This document shows positions 25,426 to 38,915 of a stretch of 64,000 nucleotides of DNA, piece by piece. The translations under genes and the position numbers were made by a program. How positions within the stretch are numbered: the stretch's first letter is position 1; each line of letters opens with the position of its first letter. Source of the stretch: the human T2T-CHM13v2.0 reference genome, Homo sapiens; assembly GCF_009914755.1 (NCBI RefSeq), contig NC_060926.1; one strand, 5' to 3'. The notes below the pieces were generated by a model that was given only the letters and a program-made list of their open reading frames with translations, was not told where the DNA came from and made no database searches.

Positions 25426-25684
25426 CAGGAGCTTGCAAACGATAGCCAGTGGGCCATATCCAGCCCACTGCTTGTTTTTGTAAATCAAGTTGTACTGGAA
25501 TACTGCCAGGCTTATTTGTTTATGTATTATCTGTGGCTGCTTGTGCACTATAGTGACCCAGTTGAGTAAATGCAACAAGGCTATATGGACCACAAGCCTA
25601 CCACATATACCGAGGCTATATGAACCACAATGCCTAACACATTTACTATCTGGCCTTTTATTGAAAAAGTTTGCCAACTCCCGA
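25426..25684. mobile_element. MER58-type hAT-Charlie DNA transposon
   Basis: CAGGAGCTTGCAAAC...GTTTTTGTAAATCAAGTTGTACTGGAA...TTTACTATCTGGCCTTTTATTGAAAAAGTTTGCCAACTCCCG. Confidence 0.8.
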
Positions 25685-28600
25685 TTTTAACCAACTTTTC
25701 ATTTTAGAATTATGGAAATTAGAAATCACAGAGGTTGTGTAACTTGTTTGGGATAATTCTACCACTTGAGAAAATAGCCAACAGAATTCCCAGAACCCCC
25801 AGTGGCAGGATCCAGAGCTGCAGTCTCTATCTGAAAGAGAGCATTTTCACGTCTCTGGAAGCCCTACCCTACCTTGTCAGCCATGCTGCCACTCCCTCCC
25901 TCCCCACTTCACACACTTAATGCAATAAAGGCAAAATGAATACATGGATGAAAACTCTCCTGTATTCATAGAATATTTCTCACATTCCTTCATCATTCCA
26001 AGTATTATACGGAATTGTAATCATTTGCCTTTCCCACTAGAACATGAGTGCACTGGGGACAGGGACAATGCCATATTTGTCTTTGTATCCCAGATGCTTA
26101 GCACAGATTACAGAATAGGTATCTATTACCTGTTTGTTAAATGCTTTGGATTTGCTATCTTATCTTCTTCCATGCCCATTTTAAGATAAACTTCAACTAC
26201 AGGGAAGATAAATGCAAGTTGTGGTTTGTAATTTTCATCATTCCTGACCAAGACCCACCACTGAGACCCAACAATAGGAGATATCCAGAACCAAACACCA
26301 TGATAGGAAAGTTACAAATCTGTTTTTTTCATTGCACCTACTAAGGAATGGCCCAAAGCCTCCAAGGCAATCTTGACCTGCATCCCTGGCAAACAGATGA
26401 GAACCTGATGTAAGTCAGGGATAATAAGAGTGAAGAAGAGAGAGATATGAAAGATTATTAAAATCAAGAGGACATCATGGTTGATTGACTGTCCAGGGGG
26501 TGGTTGAAAGTCTGTGACTGCCCAGATTCTGCCAAGTTTCAGAATGCAGGAGGAAGAGCACATTGGGTAAGGGAGGTGTGGGTGGGAAGGGGGCATGGAG
26601 GTAGAGGCAGATAGGATACAAGCGGGGAGGTTCAGTAGTCAATGGTATATGAAGCTGCAGCTTTCATGATAAACATGGGTTCAGATGAAGTCATTCAGAG
26701 AGTAAATCAAGATTAAGAGAACACAAAATTAAGCCTAGAGATCACCAAAAGGATTGAACAAAGTAAAAAGGAACTCCCACTTAGAAGGATCACCTAGAGA
26801 CACAGGAGGGAGGCAAAAGGGTAGTGTCCCAAAAGCCGTGGGCAGAGAAAAGGAAAAATGTCAAGTAAGATGGCAAAACAATATATGCCTTTCATTTAGC
26901 AACTTGGTGGTCTGTGACAACCTTCCTGAGAGCCGTTTTAGTGGAGGAGTTGTCTTGGAAGCCTGATTCAATGGGTAGAAGAGTAAGTGTGAACTTGGGA
27001 AGAGACATTGAGTATATTTTACTCTTAAGAAACTTAATCGATAGGAAGAAAGAGAAATGAGATGGTAACTGGAAGATAGGTTTGTATTCCACTGAATGGG
27101 TAGCATCATTGATTTGTGAATTCTTTGAAGAGAATCTACCAGGTGTCAGAATCATAGAGGGAAGGTATATAAAAGCCAGGTGGGAAAGGAAACATCACCA
27201 AGAAGAGGAGGAATTTATCTCTATGAGGCTAGGTCTTTTCACTTATAAATGGAAATAATAATAGCTTCCTCAGAGAGAAGTTGGAGGTTTAAACGAAATA
27301 ACATAATTTAAAACATTTTGAAAACAGCAAAGCACTATTCAAAACCAGATTATTCTATATATTATCAACTCCAGTTGATTACCTTGACTCAATATCTGAT
27401 TAGTCTCAATCTTAGAGTCCAATTATGATTAACTTTGTCATTGCAGCTCAGAAGTCAGGGATCAATTTCCTTTTCCTGACAGTGGGATATATTCTGATGC
27501 CTTGGATGCCAGATAATTCTTATTTACTTCAGTTATCAAATTAAGTACCATGTTTAAAGCAAATCAGTGGTGCTGCCACAGTGCACATGCATAGTCAATG
27601 GATGTTATAGGAGATACAGATGTCTCTGTCAGTAGGCTAAGGGGTGCAAGTTACTAGCCTACATGATGATACCCAGGACAGGTAAAGATGAGATGATGTT
27701 GGTGGCTAGACAAGATTTCAGTCGAGTAAGACTTCCCATCTCCTTAGAATTATAGTAGCAAAGATATCATGTGGCAGAAATCACCAGAGCTAGACTCTGG
27801 TGAAACCCTTATGCTCAATTTTTTGTGATGTGGAAGTTCCTTCTAGGCTCTGGTATTACGAAGTAAAATTAAAAAGCCAAAATCAAAAGCTTACTCTTGT
27901 GAATCAGAGTGTTACAACTCCTGGTGAGAGAACTAGGAAGGAGATCTTGATTATGGGACCATTTTCTAAGGAGTTAAATACAGATTGTAGCAACATAGAT
28001 CCTAGATTATGAAAAATGCTTTACTAAGTTTTGCTTTTTTTCCATTACACAAATTCAATTTGTTTGAACAAGATTATAAAAATAGTAATTATACCCTATC
28101 AGCTAATTATTTTTTTAGAATGAATGAGTTATAACAGAAGCAAGCAACACAGTTAGCAAGCATCATTACTGTTTATTTTCATTTTTTCATGTATACACTT
28201 ACTTATTTATATCCTATGTTCTTCCACAAAGGAGCCAAAGTGACTGTTGCTATTTATTTCATATGTTGTTATTCATAATTCATTACCCAGAAGACACCAG
28301 TTCTCTTGGTAGTGAAATATATGTTAATTTAAGTATTTTTTTGCCTCAAACATCTCAAATAGTAAATTAAAATCTCTTATGAAATAACAGAAGAATATAC
28401 AAGTTCTCCAAGTCCTTCAAAGAATAAAAATATTATTTACACTCCTGTATCTGTTAGGGTTAGAGATTGGGGACTTTAAATAAAATAACTAAAATAACAA
28501 ATGACCACCAAATCCCACCGTCACGGACGATGGGAAACTAAAATCAGCTTTAACATTTTCAGACAATTTCCAACCTCTCATCCACTCCTCTTTTGTGTCC

Positions 28601-30046
28601 TCACCCTGCTCCACATTTTGCTTTACTCTGCCCTGCTCTAAGCAGATGGCCCTTGTGGTCATATGTCAAGATCCTAAAACTATTTCTGACCTGGAACAAA
28701 GTTCTGCCTGATTTGATCTTAGTTCAGGTCACATGTTTTTCTCCATCTATTCCTATGAATGTTTAAGAAAACTTATTCACTTCCTTATTAATAGAACAAA
28801 AACATTTGTTTTTGTTCTATTGCTTGCTCTTACATGGTTAGCCAACTACAATGAACCACTCACTCCTGGGGAAATCACTAGAAACAAAGATTTAATGGAT
28901 AAAAACACCAGACTAGTGACAATTTTTTCTGATGGAAATTGTTTGGAAGTTTTTTTTTTCTTAAATATGAAAGTAGAGCTGTGTGACTTATAATTAAATG
29001 CTGATTATCCTCTGTATGGACATATTCACAGGTAGCTGTGTGTATACTTGTATATGCACAGGAAAGGTGTGAAAGAATACACCTTCAAAGAGTGGCCATA
29101 TCTAAGAGTGGGGCTGGGAGATGAGAAAGGAGAGCTTTCACTTCCTGCTTCCTGTATATCCTGTTTGAAGTTTTACAATGATCAAATATTATTGTTTTAA
29201 TTAATAATGTGAAGAATGAAAATATTTCTAACATTCACAAATTAAAGATGATAGCATGGTTGATTTGAAATTTTTTATACTTTGCACAGTGGTGTTTTCA
29301 ATTCAGTGATTTATGACACATTTTGGGCTTTATCCTAATGCACGAATGATTGAAAATAAAAAGATGAAACTTACCCTAATTATCATACATATACAATTCC
29401 TGTTAGATATGAATATCTTGCCTCAAGATTTTTATTAAAGAGTTCTAATTTAGTCCTATCTCTGTGACTAGGATTATAACCTTTTAATATTGTTACCAAG
29501 ATCTTATACAAATTACTCATTGAACAAGCAATTCATTGAACACCTTGTCAACCCCTGGGCTGAGCATTGAGGGCAGAGATGGGTAGACGTGAGCCCCTTC
29601 AGTTGTATGAGCTAGCTTTCATTGCATGCTTTCCATGCCCCAGGACTCTGTGTAGTGCTTTACATATATTAACTCCTTTCATCTTCACAACACTCCTGTA
29701 AGGTATAAATATTATTAAACCCATTTTACTCAGATTAAGACCCTGAGACAGATTTAGAATCCCAGAGGTCTAGCTCTGACTCAAAAGCCCATGGTTTTAA
29801 ACCGTGACTTCGTAGTGCCTTCTGGATCATAAAGTAGATGTAATATAGTAGGAGTTTTACAAGTAAATATTTAAGTATATTTTAACATTTGTAATTATTT
29901 AACAATTGGAACAACTCGAATTTCCAACAATAGGAAGTTGATTAAATACAACGGAGTCTACCCATACAATGGAAGACTTAAGAAGCATTTGAAATGATGA
30001 TGTAGAATGTAGACACTGATCTATTAACATTAAAAAACTATCTTTG

Positions 30047-30307
30047 GCCTGGTGCACTGGCTCACGCCTGTAATCCCAGCACTTTGGGAGGCCAAGGCGA
30101 GTGGATCACCTGAAGTCAGGAGTTCAAGACCAGCCAGGCCAACATGGAGAAACCCCGTCTCTACTAAAAATACAAATATTAGCTGGGCATCGTGGCACCT
30201 GTAATCCCAGCTACTCTGGAGGCTGAGGCAGGAGAATCACTTGAACCCAGGAGGCGGAGGTTTCAGTGAGCCGAGATCGTGCCACTGCACTCCAGCCTTA
30301 GTGACAA
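30047..30307 (+). mobile_element. AluS, lacking a poly(A) tail
   Basis: GGCCTGGTGCACTGGCTCACGCC...CCAGCCTTAGTGACA, followed by non-Alu sequence. Confidence 0.9.
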
Positions 30308-31142
30308 CTCTCTTTATATTAAGTGGAAAAGATTATAACAGTTCTTATAATATGATTTAAACTTTGTAAAAAAAAATCATATAATTAAAAGCCAAAGCCA
30401 GACTCATAAAAAGCATCCACATGCTTGTAGGCCAAAGCAGGCTCCATAAACGATTCAGGTCAGAATACTGGGGGATGCATCACTGATCACTGCACTTTCT
30501 CCCATGGAGCCTGGACAAAGCTTCACTCGTCTCCTCAACATACAGCCCCAGGCATCCACTACCAGTCTATCTGAGGTGGCCCTCAAGAGAATCCTCTTTA
30601 TCTTTTGAGCATTTGCTACCCTCAATTCCACTGCTAGAATCTATTCATCTAGTATTTCCTCTTGGTCTCATTCTTATCCCTTATTTCATTCTCCTGTGTG
30701 TCTCCACGTGACTCCTTTGTGTACACTTTTCTTGTGACTCAGTTTTACCCTGGATCCTGGTTTGCTACTTCTATTATTGCTCTCTTTCACATCATCACCT
30801 TTTTTTTTATCCCATCATTCCCATAGGCACACAAATATGCTCTTGTATCTACAATTGTTTTTTAAAAGATGTCCTCTAGAGCTACATCATCTCCAGCCCT
30901 TTATAGCACATCTCCTTGATAAAGCTATGTTGACTGTTTCTTCTTTCTCACCCACCTATTTTTCTCTTCATTCCCTCCCAGCAGGCTTTGCTTTCTACCT
31001 CTCCATTGTAACCAGGATCAACTAGTGTCCTTGACTTTGAACTTGCCAAATCCAGTGATCAGTTCTTTGGCCTGTGTTACTTAAACATTCAGCAACCCAT
31101 GAGACTGTTGAGACCCCCTTCTTGAAATACCTTCTTTGCTGA

Positions 31143-31499
31143 GCATCTTCGTTTCTTCAGGCTGCTGTAACAGAACACCATAGACTGGGTAATTTATAAA
31201 CAACATAAATTTACTGCTCACAGGTCTGGAGGCTGGGAAGTTCACGATCAAGGCACTAGCAGATTCAGCGTCTGGTGACAGCTCTGCTCTGCTTCAAAGA
31301 TTTTGCCTTCCAGCTGTGCCCTCATATGGTGGAAGGGGCTGACAAGCTCCCTTGGGCCCTCTTTTATAAGGGTACTGGTCCCTTTGGAATCCTCATGAGC
31401 TAATCATCTCACAAAGGCCCTATCTCTTAATAACAACACATTAGGAATTAGGTTTCAACATACAAATTTTGGGAGGACACAAACATTCAGACCACAGCA
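31143..31499 (-). mobile_element. MLT1A/MST-like MaLR LTR inserted in L2
   Basis: CAGGCTGCTGTAACAGAACACCATAGACTGGGT...GGACACAAACATTCAGACCACAGCA. Confidence 0.85.
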
Positions 31500-31782
31500 C
31501 TGAGTTTCTAGGATACCACGGTCTCCTGGCTTTCCTTCTGCCTCACTTGCTCCATCTTCTCAGCCTATTCTGTGGGATGCTCCTCTTGCTGACCACTTCT
31601 CTTCTGTTTCCATTTATTCCCAGGTATTGCCATCTAGCCCTGTGGCATTAAATATCATCTGTAATCAGTTCCCAATTTATAATTCCAGTTTCAATCTCTC
31701 TCCTAAATTCTGTTGTTAACGTAGGTGTCTAAAAAGCATCTCATGCTTACTGTGTCCAAAACAGAACACTCAATTTCCACCC

Positions 31783-32736
31783 TGTGGCTAAGACTGCTAG
31801 CTGTCCTCCAGTAATCATCCTCTCCTTCTATTGTAATACATGTGTTTTTACTGGGCACACAGCCACTCAGAATAAAGCCTACATTGACAACATCTCAGTC
31901 TCTTTTGTAGCTGAGTTCTGGCCAATGAGATGTAATCAGAAGTATTGTGTGGCAGCTGCTAGAAAACCTTTTTAACATACTGCAAACATATATAATCTTC
32001 CTCCTCTTTGCCTTCATCTATCCTGCTGTCTGGAACACAGATGTGATGGTTGGAACTTTAGCATCCATCTTGGGTTATGAGAATGGAGGACAACATCCTA
32101 GAAATCATGGAGTGGTGAGTTGGAAAGGTCTCTGAAGGTATGGAGTTGTCATACCTGTCCTGGACTGCCCACCTTCAGGCTTCCTTTATATGATAAAGGA
32201 ATACAGATGCTTCTTGACTTATGATAGGGTTATGTACCAATAAACCCATTGTAAGTTGAAAATACTGTAAGTGAGAAATGCATTTAATACACCTAACCTA
32301 CTGAACACCATAGCTTAGCCTAGCCTACCTTAAATGTGCTCAGGGCCAGGCGCAGTGGCCTTTGGGAGGCCAAGATGGGAGGATTTCTTGAGCCCAGGCA
32401 TTCAAGACCAACCCTATAGCTGGGCTAAACTATTTGGCAATGCAGTACATTGTAGAGTATCCACTGTTTACCCTCGTGATCTGGGAGCTGTGGTTTGCTG
32501 CTGTTGCCCAACATTGTGAGAGAATATCAATGCATATTGCTAGCCTGGAAAAAGATCAAAATTCAACATTTGAAGTAAGATTTCTACTAAATGTTTATCA
32601 TGTTAGCACCACCAGAAAGTCTAAAAAATGTGAGTTGAACCATTACAAAGAGTCCCCCCATCAGGGACTCTCTGTAAACTACCTTCTTCAAGCCACTATT
32701 ACTGTGCTTCAAAGCTGAATCTAACCCTAACTAATA
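31783..32736 (+). mobile_element. Old MLT1 LTR interrupted by MER47
   Basis: GAGTTCTGGCCAATGAGATGTAA, GCATCCATCTTGG, and the end CAAAGCTGAATCTAACCCTAACTAATA. Confidence 0.7.
32204..32674 (+). mobile_element. MER47 (TcMar-Tigger) DNA transposon containing an Alu fragment
   Basis: TA|CAGATGCTTCTTGACTTATGATAGGGTTA...GGGACTCTCTG|TA. An Alu piece lies at about 32344-32415. Confidence 0.8.
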
Positions 32737-33209
32737 GTCATCTATGTCTATCAGAGAACAATCCTCCTTTCACATACCAGGCAACTGAAAATATAAAATT
32801 GGTAGAAAAGATGATCCGTTTTTACACTACTTTGCTCAACAGATAACTTTTCTAGAATATAATTGTACTGATTAAGGATTTATACTTCCATTTTCTCAGG
32901 TTTTAAATGAATTCTAATAAAAATCTTTATGCTGTTTTGATTATACTCCTCTCTAAATGGATTTGTCCTCATCTGACATTTTGTGCTGGTTTGAAAACTT
33001 TCAAAGACAGGCCTAAAACAAAATACAGCCTTCTCAATACATAAAATCATATCCAAATGTGAGTTTTCTCAGGCTATAATATCTAGAATTTTTTAACTTT
33101 GAAATGCAATGTTTATTCAATATATGGTAAAAAGCTCCGTAAGTATTTGTGAATGAATGACTTAGTAAAGAGTATACTATCACATAATTATTTAACTACA
33201 TAAAATTAC

Positions 33210-34135
33210 CCTGGTGATTTAAAAACATGTTCCCCAATTTTTTGATACTCTTTTCACTAAAGGTGAGTGCATTTGTGCTGCTATAACAAAATATCTTAGA
33301 CTGGGTAATGTATACAGAAACTTATTTCCCACAGTTCTGGAGGCTTGGATGTCCAAGATCAAAGTGCTGGCAAGTTCAGTGTCTGATAATGGCCTGATCT
33401 CTTCTTCCAAGGTGGCACCTTGAACACCATTTCCTCCAGAGGGGGCTAACTCTATGTCCTCATAGCAGAAGAGGTGGAAGGAATGGAAGGAACAGACTTA
33501 CCCATTCAAGCCCTTTTTATAAGTGGCTAATCCCATGCATAAGGGCCCCCCCTCATGACCTAATCACCTCCTAAATGCCTTACTTCTTAATACTGTCACA
33601 CTGGCAATTAAATTTTACCATATGAAATTTGGGGGATACATTCAGACCACAGTAGGTGAGATCTAATTTCCTTCCCCTTGAACATGGGCCAGCCTTAGTG
33701 ACTGACTTCAAACTCATAGAATGTGTTAGAGGTGACACTGAGTGTCTTCCAAGACTAGGTTAGAGCAGGCAGTACAGTTTCTGCCTGGCTCTACTGGACA
33801 TACCTTTGGATCCCTGTGACAACACACACATAAAATGTCTGGCTACTTTGAAGCCGCCATGCTGAAGAAGTCATGTAGGGATAGAGGGAGACGACTGAGG
33901 AGCCAGAGCTGTTGCAGAACCCAGCTGACTGAGTTTTCCCAGCATCATCTGCCAGACTTGTAAGTGATTCCAGTTATTCCAGTCCTCAGCCTCAGAGCTG
34001 CTCTTGGCAAGTACTGCAAAGATGAGGTTTCCCTGTTGAGCCCTGACCAAATTGCAGACTTGTAAGCTGGCTAAACAGTGTTTGTTATTTCTAGGTGTGA
34101 GGGTAGTTTGAACAGCACCCACAGTATTGGGAACA
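33210..34135 (+). mobile_element. Old MLT1 LTR with a nested MST/MLT1A LTR (about 33268-33653, minus)
   Basis: CCTTCCCCTTGAACATGGGCCAGCCTTAGTGACT and GCCCTGACCAAATTGCAGA. Nested GCTGCTATAACAAAATATCTTAGACTGGGT...ACATTCAGACCACAG. Confidence 0.72.
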
Positions 34136-36220
34136 TTCCCTCATCAGCACGTTGACTCTCTATGCTGCTTGCTTGATTGTCTTGGAGAACATAATGACCC
34201 TTTCAGTCATTCCCTTTGGGTTAATTCCCTCTGTGGAAAAGGGGTATTCTTGCACTTGCCTGCCACTCCTGTAGCCACAATTTAGAGAGGGCTTTGTTCC
34301 CTTCACCTTTCCTCTATCCAGGGAAAATATCAGACCTGTTGCCTTCCAAAATGGAAACAAAATCACCTGTTTCAAAGCAAGCTGCCTTAAGATGTGGTCT
34401 GTAAAGATACTACAATTAAGTGATAAGCTTTCCCTTTTCTTTACCCTAGAAACAGAAACAGACTGTGTTTCAGCATAATGCAGGTGACCAAGGCATATCC
34501 TCCATATAGGAACAGAGCAACTAAAAAGAAAACTATAGCCTCATTAACTTGTCTGAGGTAGTGATTTGTTAAGTGAAAAGCAGTGGGTGGTGTAGTTTTT
34601 AAAAAGGTGGGCCATATTACCATTTCTTCAGTGCTTCCTGGGGAAAAGGATACTATCATTATGTATATTCTCTAGGCCAGGTTTCACCTAGGCTAGAGAA
34701 AGAACAATCTAATGTAATTCTGTCTCATTAGTGCATTAGTGCATTTCCCTCAAAAGGAAAATTATTTTATAAATGGCTGATATACTTGCCTACTATAAAT
34801 GATGCATGGTATTCTAGTTTATAAATTGATCTCCTAGGAAATCAGGTGTTTGTTCCCCTAAACTTGATCATTCCAGAGAGCTTTTAGGATCAATTCCTTG
34901 ACCAGAGAAGAGCTTTGGCAACTCCACCGATGTAACGGTGCCTTGTAGGATCCCACAGAAAGCTGCTAACTAGTTTTTTTCTTTCTGTGATGTACATTTA
35001 GCTGTAGCAGGAAATAGTGTGTAATTAGAAGAGGCTCCCAAAGGTTGAGGCCTTATCTGGATGATTGCCAAGTCCAAACTGCACTTTGTAGACCCAATCT
35101 CAGGGAGTCCAGTTTCTTCCACAGCAGGACCCACCTACTGGCTTTAGTTTCATGGTTGTAACTTCTGCGACCCCAAGCTTTTAATTCTATTCAAAGCCTC
35201 ATCATCTAAAAGTCATTTGGAAAACTAAAGAATGACAGCTATCAACTATATATAAGTAGCTTTCAATTCAAAAGAGGGAGGTGTAATATAATGAAGTTAA
35301 ATTACATTTTGATTCTGGTTGCTAGATATTCTTTGATCATTAATGGTGTCAGCAAAATTGAGCACACCTTAAAGTCAGACAACCTCTTCCATGAAATGTT
35401 TCTCTCCTCTCCCTTTCAGCCTCACATCCTTCCTTCTTCTACTTTGTCACCTCCCACTAGATAAGCAACTTGGATATATTGATGACGTCCTCTTATTTGC
35501 CAAAAATTCACCAAGCTGTTAATAACTTAGATTTATTTATGAAAACTACAGCAGATTTAAGTCAACCAACAGGCCCAAGCTCTTTAAATTTTTTGTTACT
35601 AGGGTGACAATTCTACACCCAATTTTAGTTTTCAAAATCTAGGCAGAAACACCTTTATTGGGATTTAGCAATGACTTTGTTTTATAACCTGCAGAGATTA
35701 TTAGGAAGATACATATTTCTTCCTCACCTTCTATTTTGTTCTATATTTTTGTTAAAAGTTGGCATATGAGTACAAAAAGGAAAACGTTTTTTATGATCAT
35801 CTCTGTCTACATAACAGACTGAAATTTGTGAGCATTTAACACATTTGTGCCGAAAAATATTGAAATTATAAAAGTACCATTTACAGGCAGCCACCTACCA
35901 ACTAAAACATTACTATGGCATTCTTACCTTCCATCATGAGCCTCCCTATGAACTGAGTCACATAGGAGAATCTAAAAAAAAAATCCTGGGAGGTTCAAAA
36001 GGTAGCCATTTCCCTAACAATGAGACATGTCCATAAAGAAGGGCTTCATTATTTTTGATTCTCGTCAAATATTTCAAGGCATTCCGAGAGCCCCCATCTT
36101 CAGGGTTAACCACATGTAGTATGCTCAATACAGCCGGTGTCTAATACACAGCCAAACAGTCGTCTTTCCATTAAAATGTGATTTTTGCTTCTGCTTTTCC
36201 ATCTAGCACATCTGTTCTTC

Positions 36221-36570
36221 TAGCGGTTCTTGTGTCGTTAGCCGCCTTTCCATCCCACCTTGGCGCTATTCTTTTAATTCAATTGTGCGCAAATTGCATC
36301 AGGCTGTCAGGGCTTCGCTTTATGAATTTCCCTTTGAGGACTTGCACATTCCTCTCGGCACAGAGGTCGGAGCCGGTGGGTGCCCGGCTGCCGCCGCCCC
36401 GCGATCAATGGCACCTGAAGCTTCCCCGGGCGAGGCCGTGGCTGCCTGGCTTGGTCCCGGAGTCCACGGCCACAGAGACTGGTGCCTTGAAGACGTGGTT
36501 TTTATAACCATAGAACGTTGCATGCCTTATTTTAATGGAAAAGGTATCTAACGAAGTCGGCCGTAAAGCA
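36221..36570. promoter_or_regulatory. Orphan CpG-rich element (candidate enhancer or cryptic promoter)
   Basis: About 24 CpGs in about 345 bp of non-repeat-looking DNA, in an otherwise CpG-depleted intron. Confidence 0.55.
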
Positions 36571-37664
36571 AAACTCCTTAAATAAATCTGTTCCCCCACC
36601 CCTACCATTTCCATTATAAAATCAAACAAACAGTATCAGCAAGCCGGGAAAATACAGAGCTTTTTATGTTTGCACCTCACTTTGTTCCCAGCAGGATTTA
36701 AAGTGATTTGTAAGCGTATGTAAAACAAGAGCATGTACATTTAAAAGTGAAAAGGGATTAAAAACTAGGGTGGGGACATAAAATAGAGCCAGGACAAGGC
36801 TTAAGTGATGCCTAAAATAACAACCTCTGCTATGAGTGGGCCACAATTTGGCACTAGATTATCTAGTAGTTCTCTATCGGCTAATGGCATCCCCCAACCC
36901 CAACTCAATTTGTTTATGAGCATTTTTGGTGGGAGATGGAGAGATCAGGGTGAGGGTGAAAACGCAGGCGTGTCTGGCCAACTCATTTTTCATTTGGCTT
37001 CATGTAGGAGTCGATTTTAACATAACTGGAAGAGAGAACATCCTGGACTGTGCATCCTTAAAGCAATCTTCCTCAAATATTGCTCTTCTGAGACAAAGGC
37101 GCTCGTAAATATTGGAAGGCATTGAATTCAAAATCTAGGCAGGTTTGCCTTGCCAAGAACAGAACCGTAAAGATGTATACAGCTGCTCTCTCTCCTCTCC
37201 TTCACAGGCAGACAGCTAGAAAGATGATCTATTCTTGCTGTCTTAGATTCTTAACTTCCCCCTCACTCTAAAACCATGCAAATCTAGCTTCCACCCCCAC
37301 CACTTCACTGAAGCTGAGCTTGCTGAGGTCCCCAAAGCACTTTTCAGTTATTTTACTTGGGTCCTGACAGCATTTGGACACTGACTGCTCCCTTCTTAAA
37401 ATACCTTTGCCTTGGGTTTTCCTAACAGCACACGTTGGTGGCTATCATCTCCCTCTTCTCTGGTCATGCCTTCTACATGTCCTCTGTTGCCTTCTTCTGC
37501 ACCTGACCCTTCAATGTTGGTTGGGATGCTGTTCTAGTGCTGAGAACCCTGTACCAGAAAGGGTCCACAGAAGTGTGGCCACCATACAGACCGGCAAAAA
37601 AAATCTAATTCCTCTGAATCCCAGAGTGAAGAATTTCATGAAGCTCTTGTTAACTGAATAATGG

Positions 37665-38000
37665 CTGCAGTAGACGTGGTATATTGGCTTGGTCGACCTC
37701 TATTCCAAACTCCTTCTGGGGTCTTTCACGTACTGCAGACACTGGAGAGCTAGGAGCTACATTTCCTGACTGCCTCGCAGCAAGAGTTTCAAATGTGATT
37801 TAGTCATTATTAATCAGAGGTATTCCTGTGAAATTTGAATTTGGGACTGAGTTCAGTGGAGAAAGAGGCAGCAGTGCCTGAGGCATCCATTTAGCTGGTG
37901 TGAAGATCTAGCCCATGTGGCTCGGGGGCCAACAATTCTGGTGGTGCCTTCCTGATACCTGGACTGATAGTTAGGGTAGTATATTCATAAATACAGTATT
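37665..38000 (+). mobile_element. ERVL LTR (LTR33-like) fragment
   Basis: GGAGAGCTAGGAGCTACATTTCCTGACTGCCTCGCAGCAAG. A probable 3' end lies at about 39130-39207. Confidence 0.55.
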
Positions 38001-38239
38001 TTTCCTGGCAGTCAGATTCCCCTAATAGGCCTATCAGGAAAAATTGTCCAAGGCTTGAAATTGGGTCATAGAGATCGGGAGTGTCTTTCGGGAAAATTCT
38101 GATATGGTCTGGTAGAAACTTTAGGAATTTTCTAATTCTATAGGGGTATGCACTGGTGACTTCCTATTAACTAAACTATTTTACAACTCTGTAAGGTAGA
38201 AATTTATTTGCAGCAAACTATAGAAATCCAGATAGTTTT

Positions 38240-38380
38240 GTTTTTTACTTTTTAATTTTATTTGAATGTAGCAGAAACAGGATCTCATTCTGTTGTCCAG
38301 GCTGGTCTCAAACTCCTGAGCTCAAGCAATCCTCCTGCCTCGGACTCCCAAAGTGCTGGAATTACCAGCATGACCAGCCA
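38240..38380 (-). mobile_element. Alu monomer (FLAM)
   Basis: CCAGGCTGGTCTCAAACTCCTGAGCTCAAGCAATCC. Confidence 0.85.
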
Positions 38381-38489
38381 CAAATAATTCTTATCCATAG
38401 CAAAACAAATCTTTTTTTTTTGGTAGATATAAAATTGATTTTAGCCCTGAAGAAAAGATAATTCCAAACATTATTTTTTATTGCCCTAA

Positions 38490-38805
38490 AGCTACATTGT
38501 CTAATATGAAAGCTACTAACTATGTAGTTATTGAACTCTTATAATGTGGCAAGTTTGAATTGAGATGTCTTATAGGTATAAAATATACACCAGATTTCAA
38601 AGACTCGATATGAAAAAGTATGTAAAAAGATCTCATTGATTTTATTATATTGATAACATCTTGAAATAATTATATCTTGGATAGAGTGGGTTAAATAAGA
38701 TATTATTAAAATTAATTTTAACTATTTTTACTTCTTAAAATGTGACTCTTAGAAAATTTAAATTACAGATGAGGCTTGCATTATGGTTCTGTCAGACAGT
38801 GCTGT
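38490..38805. mobile_element. MER33-like hAT-Charlie element
   Basis: TTGTCTAATATGAAAGCTACTAAC...AAAATATACACCAGATTTCAAAGACT...GAAAATTTAAATTACA...GACAGTGCTG. Confidence 0.78.
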
Positions 38806-38879
38806 CCTGTAGAATTTTAGCCAGTTTTGCATCTATTAACCAGTTGATTGAAACATTTCTGATTGTGTGTGTATATATG

Positions 38880-38882
<3 letters not shown>

Positions 38883-38912
<30 letters not shown>
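38883..38912. repeat. (AC)n microsatellite
   Basis: Read directly. Confidence 0.95.

Positions 38913-38915
<3 letters not shown>

Noticed and set aside
36178-36629. Four overlapping ORFs at the CpG cluster
   Set aside because: GC-richness explains the lack of stops. There are no good ATG starts, convincing splice sites or homology, so the region is treated as regulatory instead.
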